A DNA stretch of 64,000 bases from Anolis carolinensis (taxonomy: Eukaryota). The DNA is taken from the NCBI RefSeq assembly GCF_035594765.1, contig NW_026943825.1, forward strand, positions 14,376,590 to 14,440,589, written 5' to 3'. Made by a program: the position numbers and the translations under genes. Shown one piece after another: positions 36,213 through 48,146 of this stretch (the stretch's first letter is position 1; every line of letters begins with the position of its first letter). The notes under the pieces are model-generated. The model ran no database searches, was not told the origin of the DNA, and worked only from the letters and a program-made list of their open reading frames with translations.

Positions 36213-38117
36213 AAATATTCTTCCTGAGACCGTGGTGGAGGTCCTTGGGGCTGTGAGGGCAACCACATCAGTTCTGGACCCTTGCCCGTCTTGGCTAATC
36301 AAATCGGCCAGGGAGGGGCTGGTTGACTGGTTTGTGTTGATCATTAATGCATCGTTGGAGCAGGGGGTTTTTCCATCTTACCTGAAACAAGCTGTGGTTC
36401 GTCCACTCCTTAAAAAGGTTTCCGTTGACTCCACGGTGCTGAACAATTTCAGAACAATCTCCAACCTCCCTTTCTTGGGTAAGGTGCTGGAGCGGGTGGT
36501 TGCCTCCCAGCTCCAGGGCTTTCTAGATGACATCAACTACCTAGATCAGTCACAGTCTGGTTTCAGGCCTGGTCACGGCACCGAGACAGCCTTGGTCGCC
36601 TTGGTGGATGACCTCTGTAGAGAGCTGGACAGGGGGAGTGTGACCCTGTTGGTTCTCTTGGACAACTCAGCGGCTTTCGATACCATCGATCATGGTATCC
36701 TTCTGGGACGACTCTCTGGGATGGGTCTCGGGGGCACGGTTTTGTCGTGGCTCCGGTCCTTCCTGGAGGGTCGATTCCAGATGGTGAAGCTGGGAGACGC
36801 CTGATCGGACCCCTGGCCTTTGAGCTGTGGGTTCCCGCAAGGCTCTATTCTGTCTCCCATGCTCTTTAACATCTACATGAAACCGCTGGGAGAGGTCATC
36901 CGGAGTTTTGGAGTTGGGTGTCACCTCTATGCAGATGACGCACAACTCTACTACTCCTTTCCACCTAATTCCAAGGAGGCCTCTCGGGTGCTGGACGAGT
37001 GCCTGGCCGCTGAGTCCATCTGGATGAGGATGAACAAGCTGAAGATCAATCCCGACAAGACAGAGGTCCTCCTGGTCGATCGTAATCCTGACCGGGGTAT
37101 AGGGTGGCAACCTGTGCTGGACGGGGTCACACTCCCCCTGAAGCCACAGGTCCGCAGTCTGGGAGTCCTCTTGGATTCATCACTTACGCTCGAGGCTCAG
37201 GCGTCAGCGGTGTCTGGGAGGGCTTTCGCACAATTGAGACTCGTGCGCCAACTGCGACCGTACCTCGCGAAGGCTGATCTGGCCGGGGTGGTCCATGCCT
37301 TGGTCACCTCCAGACTGGACTACTGTAATGCGCTCTACGTGGGGCTGCCCTTGAAAACGGCTCGGAAGTTCCAACTGGTCCAACGAGCGGCAGCCAGGAT
37401 GTTAACTGGGGCCCCTTACAGAGAGAGGTCAACCCTCCTGTTCAAGGAGCTCCACTGGCTGCCATTTACTTTCCGAGCCCAATTTAAGGTGCAGGTGCTT
37501 ACCTACAAAGCCCTGAACGGTTTGGGACCATCCTACCTTCGTGACCGCATCTCCGTCTACGAACCCACGCGTTCACTTCGGTCATCTGGAGAGGCCCTGC
37601 TCGTGATCCCGCCTGCGTCGCAAGCTCGGTTGGTGGGGACACGAGACAGGGCCTTCTCTGTGGTGGCCCCCCGACTCTGGAACACCCTCCCCAAGGATCT
37701 CAGACAGGCCCCTACATTGGCAGTCTTCAGAAAGAACTTGAAAACCTGGCTGTTCCAATGTGCCTTCCCAGATTAATAGGAAATCTCCAATACCAAGTCC
37801 CATAAGCACTTTATTAGAACTAAGATTGTATATCGCACTCTGCACTTGCCCTAGAAGCCTTATATATCACCTGTCACATCAGCACTTTTAATCTTGTACC
37901 CATTACTCTGGCCTGGCCCAGTTTTATTGTGTTTTAGCGTATTGTTTATTTCTTGTTGTTTATTGCTTGTTGTTTATACTGTTTTAATTGTTTTTAATTT
38001 GCCTTTGTTTTGTATTGTTATATTGTGTGTTGAGGCCTTGGCCTTTGTAAGCCGCATCGAGTCCTTCGGGAGATGCTAGCGGGGTACAAATAAAGTTTAA
38101 TAATAATAATAATAATA
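36213..38117 (+). mobile_element. 5'-truncated L2 LINE (RT domain with a premature stop at 36802-36804)
   Basis: QSGFRPGHGTETAL, LLDNSAAFDTIDH, PQGSILSP, YADD; (TAA)n tail; flanking duplication ATTCAAACA. Confidence 0.95.
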
Positions 38118-39511
38118 ATTCAAACAGTGCTTCTTATAAGTCAGAGCACATTCCAGAGTGACTCTCAGGTATTTTGTTGTGCTGCAATTCTCCAGTGAGA
38201 TTCCTTCCCAGGTGATCCTCAGAGCTCAAGATGCTTGTCTGTTCTTAAGATGAAAAGCACACGTCTGCATTTTAGATGGATTAGGAATCGGCTGGTTTTC
38301 CCTGTAATAGGCAACAAGAGCACCTAGAGCTTCAGAGAGCTTCTGTTCAACCATTTCAAATCTCCCTGCTTGAGCGGTGATGGCAAAATCGTCAACATAG
38401 ATAAAACTATCACTTCTGGTAGTGACTGGTTATTCGTATAAATGTTGAACATTTATAGGCAGGCCATTCTTCTGTTTTCGCCATCTGTTTCTCTGACCCT
38501 GGAATTCAACAAAAAAGCTCCTGTTTTGTAGCAGATTTCCTATGAGGTGGTAATCCTTTGCAATATTATAAATTTTTATCAGGAGAAGGCATTCACAGTA
38601 TCATAAGTGCTGACGGGTCTATGAAGACAGCTCCTGTAATCTGCTGTCTTTCAAAACCATCTTCTATGTGCTGAGTCAGCTTCAACACTTGTGATGTGCA
38701 TCTTTTTTAGACCCAATGAACACACGTTCTTGGAATAGTATGAGATGTATTAGTGGTCATTTCCTGATATTTAAAGCTATTTCCAGGACCTAAAACAGCT
38801 AAAAAGTGGTGAAAATGCTCCCATGGCACCTAAAGACCATTTTGTATTTTTTTAAAAAGAGACTCCATGGTTTCCTCTGTGGAGTTTCTCCTGTAGATCC
38901 ATCAAGGCTCTTCTTATGTTCAAAATGAACTTTACCCCCAAGCTGTCCACCATGATGGTTGTTGTCAGATGGATGTCTGAAGCTCTCAAGGAGATGATAA
39001 AACCATTCCCAGAAATCTTGAGCCATTAATTGGGAAGACTGTGGAATAGGATATCCCTAAATAAAGTCCATAATGATTTTGATGTGTCTCACTTACCTTT
39101 GATGTGTTTGGGCTGGAGGGACGCACCTACCAAAATGTGCTCACCTGAAATATCTGGAGAGTCCTTTGATGCCCTTATAAGCTACCCTACAACACAACAC
39201 AAGATCCTGCCTGTGCCCTGAGATTACACCAGATTTTTCATCAGATTGGCTTGTTCCCATCAAACTAATCCAAAGAAAACAAGATGATATCCCAGACAAG
39301 GGGAACAAAACTTATAATCAAAGGTAAGTACTACTGGAAACACAACATGCCTGCAGAAACCCATGTAACCCATGAATTGTCTGCATTTATTAAAATTTAG
39401 AAAAGGGGGAAAGAATCCCAAAGAGAAAAAAAAGAACCCAATTCACACTCCTGCAACATAATTTTCTTAGCTGATCATTCTCCACAAGGATCAAAAATGA
39501 AGTCTCTACAA

Positions 39512-40476
39512 CAGTGGTTCCCAACCTTTTTTGACCAGGGATCATTTGACCAGAGATCGTTTTGACCAGGGACCATTTTGACCAGAGGCCACTTTGACCA
39601 AGGACCACTTTGACCAGGGACCACTTTGACCAGGGACCACTTGACCAGGGCTCACTTAACCAGGGACCACTTTGATCAGGGACCACTTGACCAGGGACCA
39701 CTTAACCAAGGACCACTTTGACCAGGGACCACTTGACCAGGGACCACTTTGACCAGGGACCACTTAACCAGGGACCACTTTGACCAGGGACCTCTTGACC
39801 AAGGACCATTTTGACCAGGGACCACTTAACCAGGGACCACTTTGACCAGGGACCACTTAACCAAGGACCACTTAACCAGGGACCACTTTGACCAGGGACC
39901 ACTTAACCAGGGACCACTTTGACCAGGGACCACTTGACCAGGGAACACTTTGAACAGGGAACACTCTCCCACATTAATACGAAAAGGGTTACAAATTCGT
40001 TTTTTTGGTCAACTTTACATTGGGTTTGATTATTTGGGTTGTTGATTCAGAAAATTGCATTGAATAGACCTCATCAGCTCTAGTTTCTGATACAGAACAT
40101 ATACCATCCAGTAGCCACCATCTGCTCACCCTTAGAAAACCATATTGAGTAATCTAGAGCTGATGTGATCTATCCAATGCAATTTTCTGAATCAGCACCC
40201 CAAATAACCACAGGAACAGGCCTAAAAATGAAGACACCAAGACTACCCCGCTTCCAGGTGCCACATGGAACGTCTCCACTTAGGGGGAGGGAGGAGGGGG
40301 AGAAGCAGCAGTCAGGAGGCTTTTTGTTGTGCCTTTCATGGATAGTCCACCTCTACCCTCCCAACATCCCTGTTGGCTTGGCACCATAAGAGGGTTGCAT
40401 GGGATCAGTTGCTCTCGTTGCAATGGTGTAGTATCTGTGAGGCCACGGACCATATTTTAGTTCTTGGGGACCACTA
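39512..40476. mobile_element. hAT element with an internally expanded 15/16-bp minisatellite (GGGACCACTT[T]GACCA, about 39533-39965)
   Basis: Same family as 12924-13509; flanks CTCTACAA / CTCTACGA. Confidence 0.88.
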
Positions 40477-41342
40477 CTCTACGAAAATCAAAAATTGATT
40501 CTCTACAGAGTGTCTAACTCCATACATTGGAGCTGACTTAAAGACAACAAGCAACCAAAGTATTCCTCTGATCATAAGTGATCATTTGATGTGGGAAACT
40601 TACCTACAGGGCTAAAGTGCATTTTTGCAAATATTTATTACTTCTCTTGTTTAACGAAGCGTTCTGACTTTGTCAACAGTTTTGGAAAGCTTTCATCAGG
40701 ATCCTCCAGCAGAACGCACAATCAACAGCCGGCGGAAGCAGAAGGCATCAAAGGGCACGAATTATCCCGACCACAAAGTATACAAATGCTGCTGACTTTG
40801 CCAGCTACTCATGGAGCATTGTGCTTAGGGATGGCAAAATATTGGCTTTCCCCCACATCAAAATCTTTTAACTCTTATGCTGAAGCCATAATCGCCTATG
40901 TAACAGTAGTTTCATTTGGGTTCAAAGAAAGAAGGGATGTCATATTGAATGTTTCCATGTTGAGACAACATCTTATACCATTAGCAGTGAGTATTCATAT
41001 CACACGATGATGACAATAATAATGACAACGATGATGATCATTATGAAATTTATTTATACCCCACCTTTTCCTTTGAGATTGTGGTGAAAAGCAACATACC
41101 TAAAACTTTACACACACACACACACACACATATAGTCTAAAAATCAAATTCCATTAAAAACAGGGAATCTAATGGTTGGTTGCTTATGCTTTACCTACCA
41201 TATTTTTTTGTTTGTGTTAGGGTCCAAGGGGCTATATCCAGAATAGAACATAGGTAACAAACTGATTATAATCATTACAGGCGCAAGAGTAATGCACAGA
41301 TGAAGACTGTTTACAACATTACATCAAACATTATTTTCATTA

Positions 41343-42812
41343 GGCATGTTCGATCGATGGAAAAAATGTTTAAATTCTCGTTTCTAAAGTAGGGGGTGCC
41401 GGCACTTCGATATAGAAAGTATTTCCGAATTTTTCACCCAAAAATTTCGGATATTTCTGAAAATTCGTAATGATTCTAAATGTTTCTAAAATGGCAGATG
41501 CGCATGCGCAATCGCCAAAAAAAAAAGGAAACCAGGGGGGACTTTTACAGGGTTCCCCCACCCTCATTTCTTGAGCTATGCTCATCAAATTTGGTACAGT
41601 GGGAGATCACATTCAACACTCTTTGCTCAACAAATTGCAGAGTGTTTCCTGTCTCCTATGATTTTTGGCGAATTTTCATAACTTTTTATAATACACTATT
41701 TTTCAATATTTGAAGAAACCTGTTCCTGGTTTGAAAGTCTTATTTCCTGTTCAATTGGGTTCTTATCACTGTAAAAGTCCCTCTTCTACTTGTGTAGACT
41801 TTGGATTAGAAACGCAGCACACGCCAAGCAATGCCTTGACAGGATTGGCAACGTCCTTTGGAAACTATAAATTGCCTTGGACCTTATTGATCGATGGTGC
41901 CCCTGGCTGACCTTGTGATGGCAAAAATAAAACTCTGGCCGAGGACTTTGGATTAGAAACGCCCAAGCAGAAGGCAAGCAATGCCTTGGCAGGATTGGCA
42001 ATGTCCTTTGGAAACTATAAATTGCCTTGGACCCTCTATTGAACCAATGGCCGACCTTGTGATTGCAAAAATAAAACTCAGCCTGAGGGCTTTGGATTAC
42101 AAACGGAGCATGAGGAAAGCAATGCCTTAGCTGGAGTGCCAACGTCCTTTGGAAACTATAAATTGCCTAATGCCTTGCTATCTTTTCAAGCAAGGACTCT
42201 TTGCAAGATCCCACAAGCCCCAAGCCAATGCATTATTACCCAAAACATTTACACATTCTCACTCCCAAGAGAAGGACAAACAGCAACAAAAGCCCAAACC
42301 CTTACCAGACCCAAACCCCTCTGTCTCTACAGCCAGAACTTCACCCTCTCTCCCTCAATGCAGGAGGCTTGTTTGCTTTCCGCTTGCTATGCGCAGCGCA
42401 CCACCCTCTCCACTCGGAAACCCACCTCAGAATGGCTCGCCAGGGCTACGCAGGGGGCTTTTATGGCGATCTTCCACGTGGACGCAGAGGACCCTAGCCC
42501 CCACCTTTGCGTCCATCGTGGAAGCATCTGATTGGCCCAGGAGCAGCAGCCATTTTAGGATGCGCTAGCCTCCCATTCAAGGTAGGTTGCAGAAACAAAA
42601 ATTTTTTTAAAATATATTTTTTAAATATATTTAAAAAAATTGGGGGGAAAAATTTAACGAAACATTAAGACACAATTAGAGAATGGGCCAACGATGGTTC
42701 AAATTACATTGCCAGTTGCGCCCAGGGACAACGTCTCAGAACGAAATTCAAAAAGCGAGAACAATCCGATTCAAATCCGAATTAAGACTCAAAACGATTA
42801 TTTGGACAAGCC
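41343..42812. mobile_element. About 1.47-kb non-autonomous TIR DNA transposon
   Basis: TA-flanked GGCATGTTCGA / TTGGACAAGCC; homologous to 34225-35634. Confidence 0.8.
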
Positions 42813-43519
42813 TAATTTTCATGCTTGTATACTTTTTCAGTAACAGGTAAATATATTCAGTGACTGAGTTCAACACTTTGAATTCCAGTATTGTCCCACA
42901 TAGATAAAAAGTCTTAAGAATGCATGGTCAATGAAATAAACAACAGATAATTTAGGCTCACAAATGGAAGGCAGAAGGATCATTATCCACAGTTGAAGTG
43001 CTACAGCAGAGCCACAAACTCCTTAGTGGAATTTACAAAAGCTTCAGGAGATTCTACCACAAACGCATGAAAGAACCCTCAGAAGCAACCTGAAGAAGGG
43101 ATCTTGATCCAGAAACGAGGATTACAAAATACCCGGGAATCCTTGTTGTTCTTCACTCCTTCATGTTTTACATTCCTTTATAGGCATCTCCTGGACATTA
43201 ACTTGCATGGGACAATGCGGAATTTATCTAAAGTGTGAACCACTATTTACAGAAGAAATTATCAGTTGTTTATAGTTGTAGATAGTGTTTGGATGAAAGA
43301 CTACCAACAAATAAAAGGTGCCGTAGATTGTATTTTTGAAGAGGGCAATGGCAAACCACCTCTAACAATTTCTTGCTTAGGAGAATCCAGTGAAATTCAT
43401 AAAATTGTCATGAATTGACAGGCAACTTCGAAGCACATAGACATGGATGTGGTCTTCTTCCCAGATCAATGGATGTAAAACTACAAGTCTGAATAAAAAT
43501 TCCCTGAGATATAGTGAGA

Positions 43520-43783
43520 CAAGGAAATGATACTGCGTAATTTCTTTGTCCTTCCTTGTAAGGAGCTGATGGAAGCAGCATTCTTGGCTCTGATTGTTTG
43601 GGGATTATTAAAGTAATCTTGGAAATGATGAAATCAGCATATTTTGTAGCGTTGTTAATTAAGAGTTGAGCTGGAAATGGGAGTCACTCATCACCAAGAG
43701 AGTATAAAAGCCCTCTCCCTTCCACAGTCCTCCATCAGCTTCTTCACTTGCCTTCTCTTGCCTTCTACTCCTCTGAGGAACCG
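43520..43783 (+). promoter_or_regulatory. Gene C promoter, TATA box (43703-43709) and non-coding exon 1 (about 43734-43783)
   Basis: TATAAAAGCC; exon starts ATCAGCTTC; donor CCG/GTAAGC at 43784; GTCACTCA at 43683-43690. Confidence 0.88.
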
Positions 43784-43877
43784 GTAAGCATGGCCTCTTC
43801 ATTGTATGGAAATCTGTGTCTCTCTAAAAATATGCTTCCATCCAGAGTTTAGAGTATTACTATAATGGCATGCTAGT

Positions 43878-44612
43878 CTGGGATTTCTGGGAGTTGTAGG
43901 CCAAAACACTTGGGACTCACAGGTTGAGAACCACGTCTCTAGAGTATAGCAGCAAGGGTTTAGATCCATGGTCCTCAACCTGTGGGTCCCCAGGTGTTTT
44001 GCCTACAACTCCCAGAAATCCCAGGTTGAGAACCACGTCTCTAGAGTATAGCAGCAAGGGTTTAGATCCATGGTCCTCAACCTGTGGGTGCCCAGGTGTT
44101 TTGCCTACAACTCCCAGAAATCCCACGTTGAGAACCATTGCTCTAGAGTATAGCAGCAAGGCTTTAGATCCATGGTCCTCAACCTGTGCGTCCCCAGAAG
44201 TTTTGGCCTACAACCTCCAGAAATCCCAGGTTGAGAACCACTGCTCTAGAGTATAGCAGCAAGGCTTTAGATCCATGGTCCTCAACCTCTGGGTGCCCAG
44301 GTGTTTTGCCTACAACTCCCAGAAATCCCACGTTGAGAACCATTGCTCTAGAGTATAGCAGCAAGGCTTTAGATCCATGGTCCTCAACCTGTGGGTCCCC
44401 AGATGTTTTGGCCTACAACTCCCAGAAATCCCAGGTTGAGAACCACTGCTCTAGAGTATAGCAGCAAGGGTTTAGATCCATGGCCCTCAACCTGTGCGTC
44501 CCCAGAAGTTTTGGCCTACAACTCCCGGAAACCCCAGCCAGTTTACTAGCTGTTAGGATTTCTGGTAGTTTAAGGCCAAAACATCTGGGGACCCACAGGT
44601 TGAGAACAGCTG
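43878..44612. repeat. About 102-bp MITE-derived tandem array (6 spacer copies) in the gene C intron
   Basis: Same unit and spacer (CTAGAGTATAGCAGCAAGG[G/C]TTTAGATC) as 21758-23008; ends in a full MITE. Confidence 0.93.
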
Positions 44613-44913
44613 CTCTAAAATATAGCGGACAGGGTTCAGATATTCCTGCATCTAGGGAAGGACCCATCGATTGGTCTTGACACTCCCTGAAACCCATGGA
44701 AATCTCCTCCAAGAAAACCAATTAAGCACTTTACTAAAATAAAATTCTACAACTATTCAAAACTATTCCCGTGTAGAGATTGGGATGAAATGGATGAAGT
44801 CTTCTAGGGGAGATCTGTTGTTTCCATTAATGATGGACACTATAAGCCTTCTGTTTAGCATCCCTCACGGTCCCTCTCCTGTTCTTCCAGACTCATCTCT
44901 ATCACTCAACATC

Positions 44914-45432
44914 ATGGCCAACTGTGGACCTTCCAGCGCTGTCCCATCCTTCGAAGCCACTCCAACCGTTGCCTTTGGATCCGGAGGCTCCAGAAGCTTT
45001 GGCAGAGGTTTTGGCATTGGCTCTGGCATCGGCTTGGGCTATGGCATCGGCTCTGGCATCGGCTTGGGCTATGGCATTGGCTCTGGCTATGGCCTTGGGG
45101 GCAACATTGAATCTGCAGCCAACTTGGGAATTCTCTCCGGAGTGCAGCCATCCTGCATCAACCAGCTCCCCCCAATAGAAGTCGTGATGAAACCAGCTCC
45201 AGTTGTGATCACCGTCCCAGGCGCCATAATCTCTGCCACCCCTGAGCCTGTTGAAGTTGGAGGCTATGCCCCCTGTGCTGTTGGTGGTGTTGGCATCGGT
45301 GGAAGTGGATTAGGTAGTGGATTAAGTAGTGGATTAGGTAGTGGATTCTATGGTGGGAATCTCGGTGGGCGCCTTGGGGGCAATTATGGATTCCTGAGAG
45401 GAAGAGGCAACACCTGTGGCCCCTGCGTGTAA
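44914..45432 (+). CDS. Corneous beta-protein, glycine-rich type, 172 aa (gene C)
   Basis: MANCGPSSAVPS head and PPIEVVMKPAPVVITVPGAIIS core; acceptor TTCTTCCAG ending at 44890; AATAAA at 46118-46123. Confidence 0.96.
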   Translation: MANCGPSSAVPSFEATPTVAFGSGGSRSFGRGFGIGSGIGLGYGIGSGIGLGYGIGSGYGLGGNIESAANLGILSGVQPSCINQLPPIEVVMKPAPVVITVPGAIISATPEPVEVGGYAPCAVGGVGIGGSGLGSGLSSGLGSGFYGGNLGGRLGGNYGFLRGRGNTCGPCV

Positions 45433-45515
45433 CTTCTCATGGACTTTTGGCCCAGGAAGAAGAACAATGGAACATCTCACAAAGGAACATCTCACAACGG
45501 AACACTCTAGCCTGG

Positions 45516-45762
45516 GTTGTCGAAGGCTTTCATGGCCGGGATCACAGGGTTGTTGTATGTTTTTCCAGGCTGTATGGCCATGTTCTAGAAGTATTCTCTC
45601 CTGACATTTTGGCCACATCTATGGCAGGCATCCTCAGAGGTTGTGAGGATGCCTGCCATACCTCTGTTGGTCACAACCTCTGAGGATGCCTGCCATAGAT
45701 GTGGCCAAAACGTCAGGAGAGAATACTTCTAGAACATGGCCATACAGCCCGGAAAACATACA
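45516..45762. mobile_element. Penelope-like terminal palindrome inserted in the 3' UTR of gene C
   Basis: Arms 45552-45646 and 45671-45764 are near-perfect inverted repeats; TSD ACTCTAGCCTGG (45504-45515, 45763-45774). Confidence 0.85.
45677..45717 (+). ncRNA. Minimal type-I hammerhead ribozyme-like motif with a mutated core (GAAA>AAAA)
   Basis: CCT-CTGAGGA-[stem II]-AAAA-C-GTC-AGG. Sibling copies in this window carry GAAA at this position. Confidence 0.55.
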
Positions 45763-46240
45763 ACTCTAGCCTGGGTTTAGCTGAGCTGAGAACCCCTTTC
45801 CTAGATTAAATCTGTGGGAACTTAGCCAGCACTTGATATCACTAGGCCCACCAATCTGTTTCAGATCTCCCTCTATTGCCCCTATTTATGCTCTTCTCTT
45901 CATTTCCCTACCACAAATAGAAGAGCAAAGGTTCCTTCAACCCCTTGTGTGAATGTTGTGTTGCATGTGTAAATTGGAGATGATGCACAGTAACTACCTT
46001 ACTTATTGCCAATGTAATAACTGCAACCACACGAGGAATGAAGAAACTGTGTTCTTTATGATTTGTCAGTCTCTGAACTTTTTCTCTCCCTTTTGGATTT
46101 GTCTCCTTCCATTCTACAATAAAACTAACTCTGCATTATAATTTTCTGGTTTTCTGATTCTGTTACAATTTAAGTACACAAGAATTATTGTGTGGAGTGC
46201 AACAAAAAAGGACCAGCCCTACAATAAGGCAGGATGGAAT

Positions 46241-47227
46241 TACTTACTTAGGCGATCCCTGGTAGTTCGAGGATGATGATCCAGTTGCGGGGTCTTGGGG
46301 TGGGTTCTTAGGTGGCTGAAGAGACCTATTCTTGATCTGCATGTTCTCCCGCAGTGAGGACATCGGTTTCCAGGTGGAAGGCAGTCCCGGTCAGGGTTGG
46401 CTTGATGGGCCTTCCTCTTGGCACGTTTCTCCCTTAAGCCCTCCATTCATGCCTCTTCGAACTCCGCAGCACTGCTGGTCACAGCTGACCTCCAATCACA
46501 GCGCTCAAGGGCCAAGGCTTCCCAGTTCTCAGTGTCTATGCTACAGTTTTTAAGGTTGGCTTTAAGCCCATCTTCAAATCTCTTTTCCTGCCCACCAACA
46601 TTATGTTTCCCGTTCTTGAGTTCGGAGTAGAGCAACTGCTTTGGGAGACGGTGATCGGGAATTCGGACAACGTGGCCAGTCCAGTGGAGTTGATGGTGTA
46701 GGAGCATCACTTCAATGCTGGTGGTCTTTGCTTCCTCAAGCACGCTGACATTTGTCCGCCTGTCTTCCCAAGAGATTTGCAGGATTTTTCTGAGGCAACG
46801 CTGATGGAAATGCTCTAGGATTTGAGTGTGACATCTGTAGACCGTTCACGTTTCGCAGGCATAGAGCAGGGTTGGGAGGACAATGGCTTTGTAAACAAGC
46901 ACCTTGGTCTCTCTACGGATGTCCCGAACATCAAACACTCTCTGCTTCATTTGGAAAAATGCTGCACTCGCAGAGCTCAGGCAGTGTTGTATTTCAGTGT
47001 CAATGTTGACTTTTGTGGAGAGGTGGCTGCCAAGGTAGCGGAAATGGTCAACGTTTTCTACATTAGCTGTATTCCTGGCATTGCAGAGGGATTAGCTGGT
47101 GCCTGTTGGAAGAGCACTTTGGTTTTTTTGATGTTCAATGAGAGGCTGAGCTTCTCGTATACTTCTGAAAAGGAGTTTAGAGTGGCTTGTAGGTCTTCTT
47201 CTGAATGCGCACAGACTACGTTGTCAC
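46241..47227 (-). mobile_element. 5'-truncated RTE-clade LINE
   Basis: WTGHVVRIPDHRLPKQLLYSEL and CPHCGRTCRSRIGLFSHLRTH; (TAAG)n tail; perfect 11-bp TSD CAGGATGGAAT. Confidence 0.92.
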
Positions 47228-47333
47228 CAGGATGGAATAACCATATTCACGCAGCAGATGCTGTTGGGCAAGATGAATTGATTTCCAGGAATATGTTATT
47301 TTCTACCAGGGTTCAAAACAATATCAGTGCCAC

Positions 47334-48146
47334 TGTGCTGGTATGGCTGTACCAGAAGCTCCAACTTTATTTTCTTTCTGCTAATGTTTGCAGTCATAGG
47401 GCAGGCTGCCTGTCCATCATCATTAAGTTTGGTTCCGCCCCTTGTTCAGGGCTCTGGGAGGGAAGGAGCCATTTTTAAGTCGGTCTCACTTAAGGAAGCT
47501 AAGCTATAGGACATAGACCAGCTCATCTCGTAGAAAAGCTTCATATCTCAAGAACATCCAGGGATATAGAACATCCGAGGAATCAGAAACAGAAATTCCA
47601 AGGGAAAGGTCCCAAAGGTTCTGGCTAAGAGCTCACAGCCCCTCAGCCTCACAGCTCCTGAGGGAAACACCCTAAAGTTTCCAAAGAAACCTCGGAGAGG
47701 GAACAGCACCACAGATCCACGGAACCCCAGCTGAAACATCTGCAAGCCTTGGTTGGTAGGTCCACTTGATACCCAGACGCATTTGGAATCGGTAGTGGGT
47801 CCCACATCAGCTAGGCCTATACAATAGACATCCTGGGAGAGGTTATAAGAGGGTTTTCTTCTTATAGAGAAAGCACAGTTATCCAAAGCCAATTGTCTGT
47901 CCCCTGGGGACAAGACTGAAAAGGCCAACAGTTTATTAAAGAAACCTTGAAGTGTTATTTGACTCCTTGAAGATTTATTATTTGTTCAATAATAAAGACT
48001 TTGTTATCTCATTAAAGACTCAAAGGACTATCCTTTTCAGGAAAATCCTCAAGAACCTCTCTTTGAGGCGCCCTGGCTTCCCGCTGGGCATAAAGTATAC
48101 GTCCTATACAAAGACAATAGCTACAGGCCCAGCGCGTGACAGAACA
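47334..48146 (+). mobile_element. Solo LTR (813 bp), same family as 25300-26094
   Basis: TG...CA ends; perfect 5-bp TSD GCCAC. Confidence 0.92.

Noticed and set aside
44785-44913. N-terminal extensions of the CBP ORFs in the ORF track (also 7922-7981, 17941-18039, 56675-56758)
   Set aside because: They cross the splice acceptor into intron sequence. The true starts are the conserved MSCC / MANC methionines.
25300-48146. Two LTRs bounding one 22-kb provirus that captured CBP genes
   Set aside because: Each LTR has its own perfect and different 5-bp TSD (GCTTC, GCCAC), so they are independent solo LTRs.
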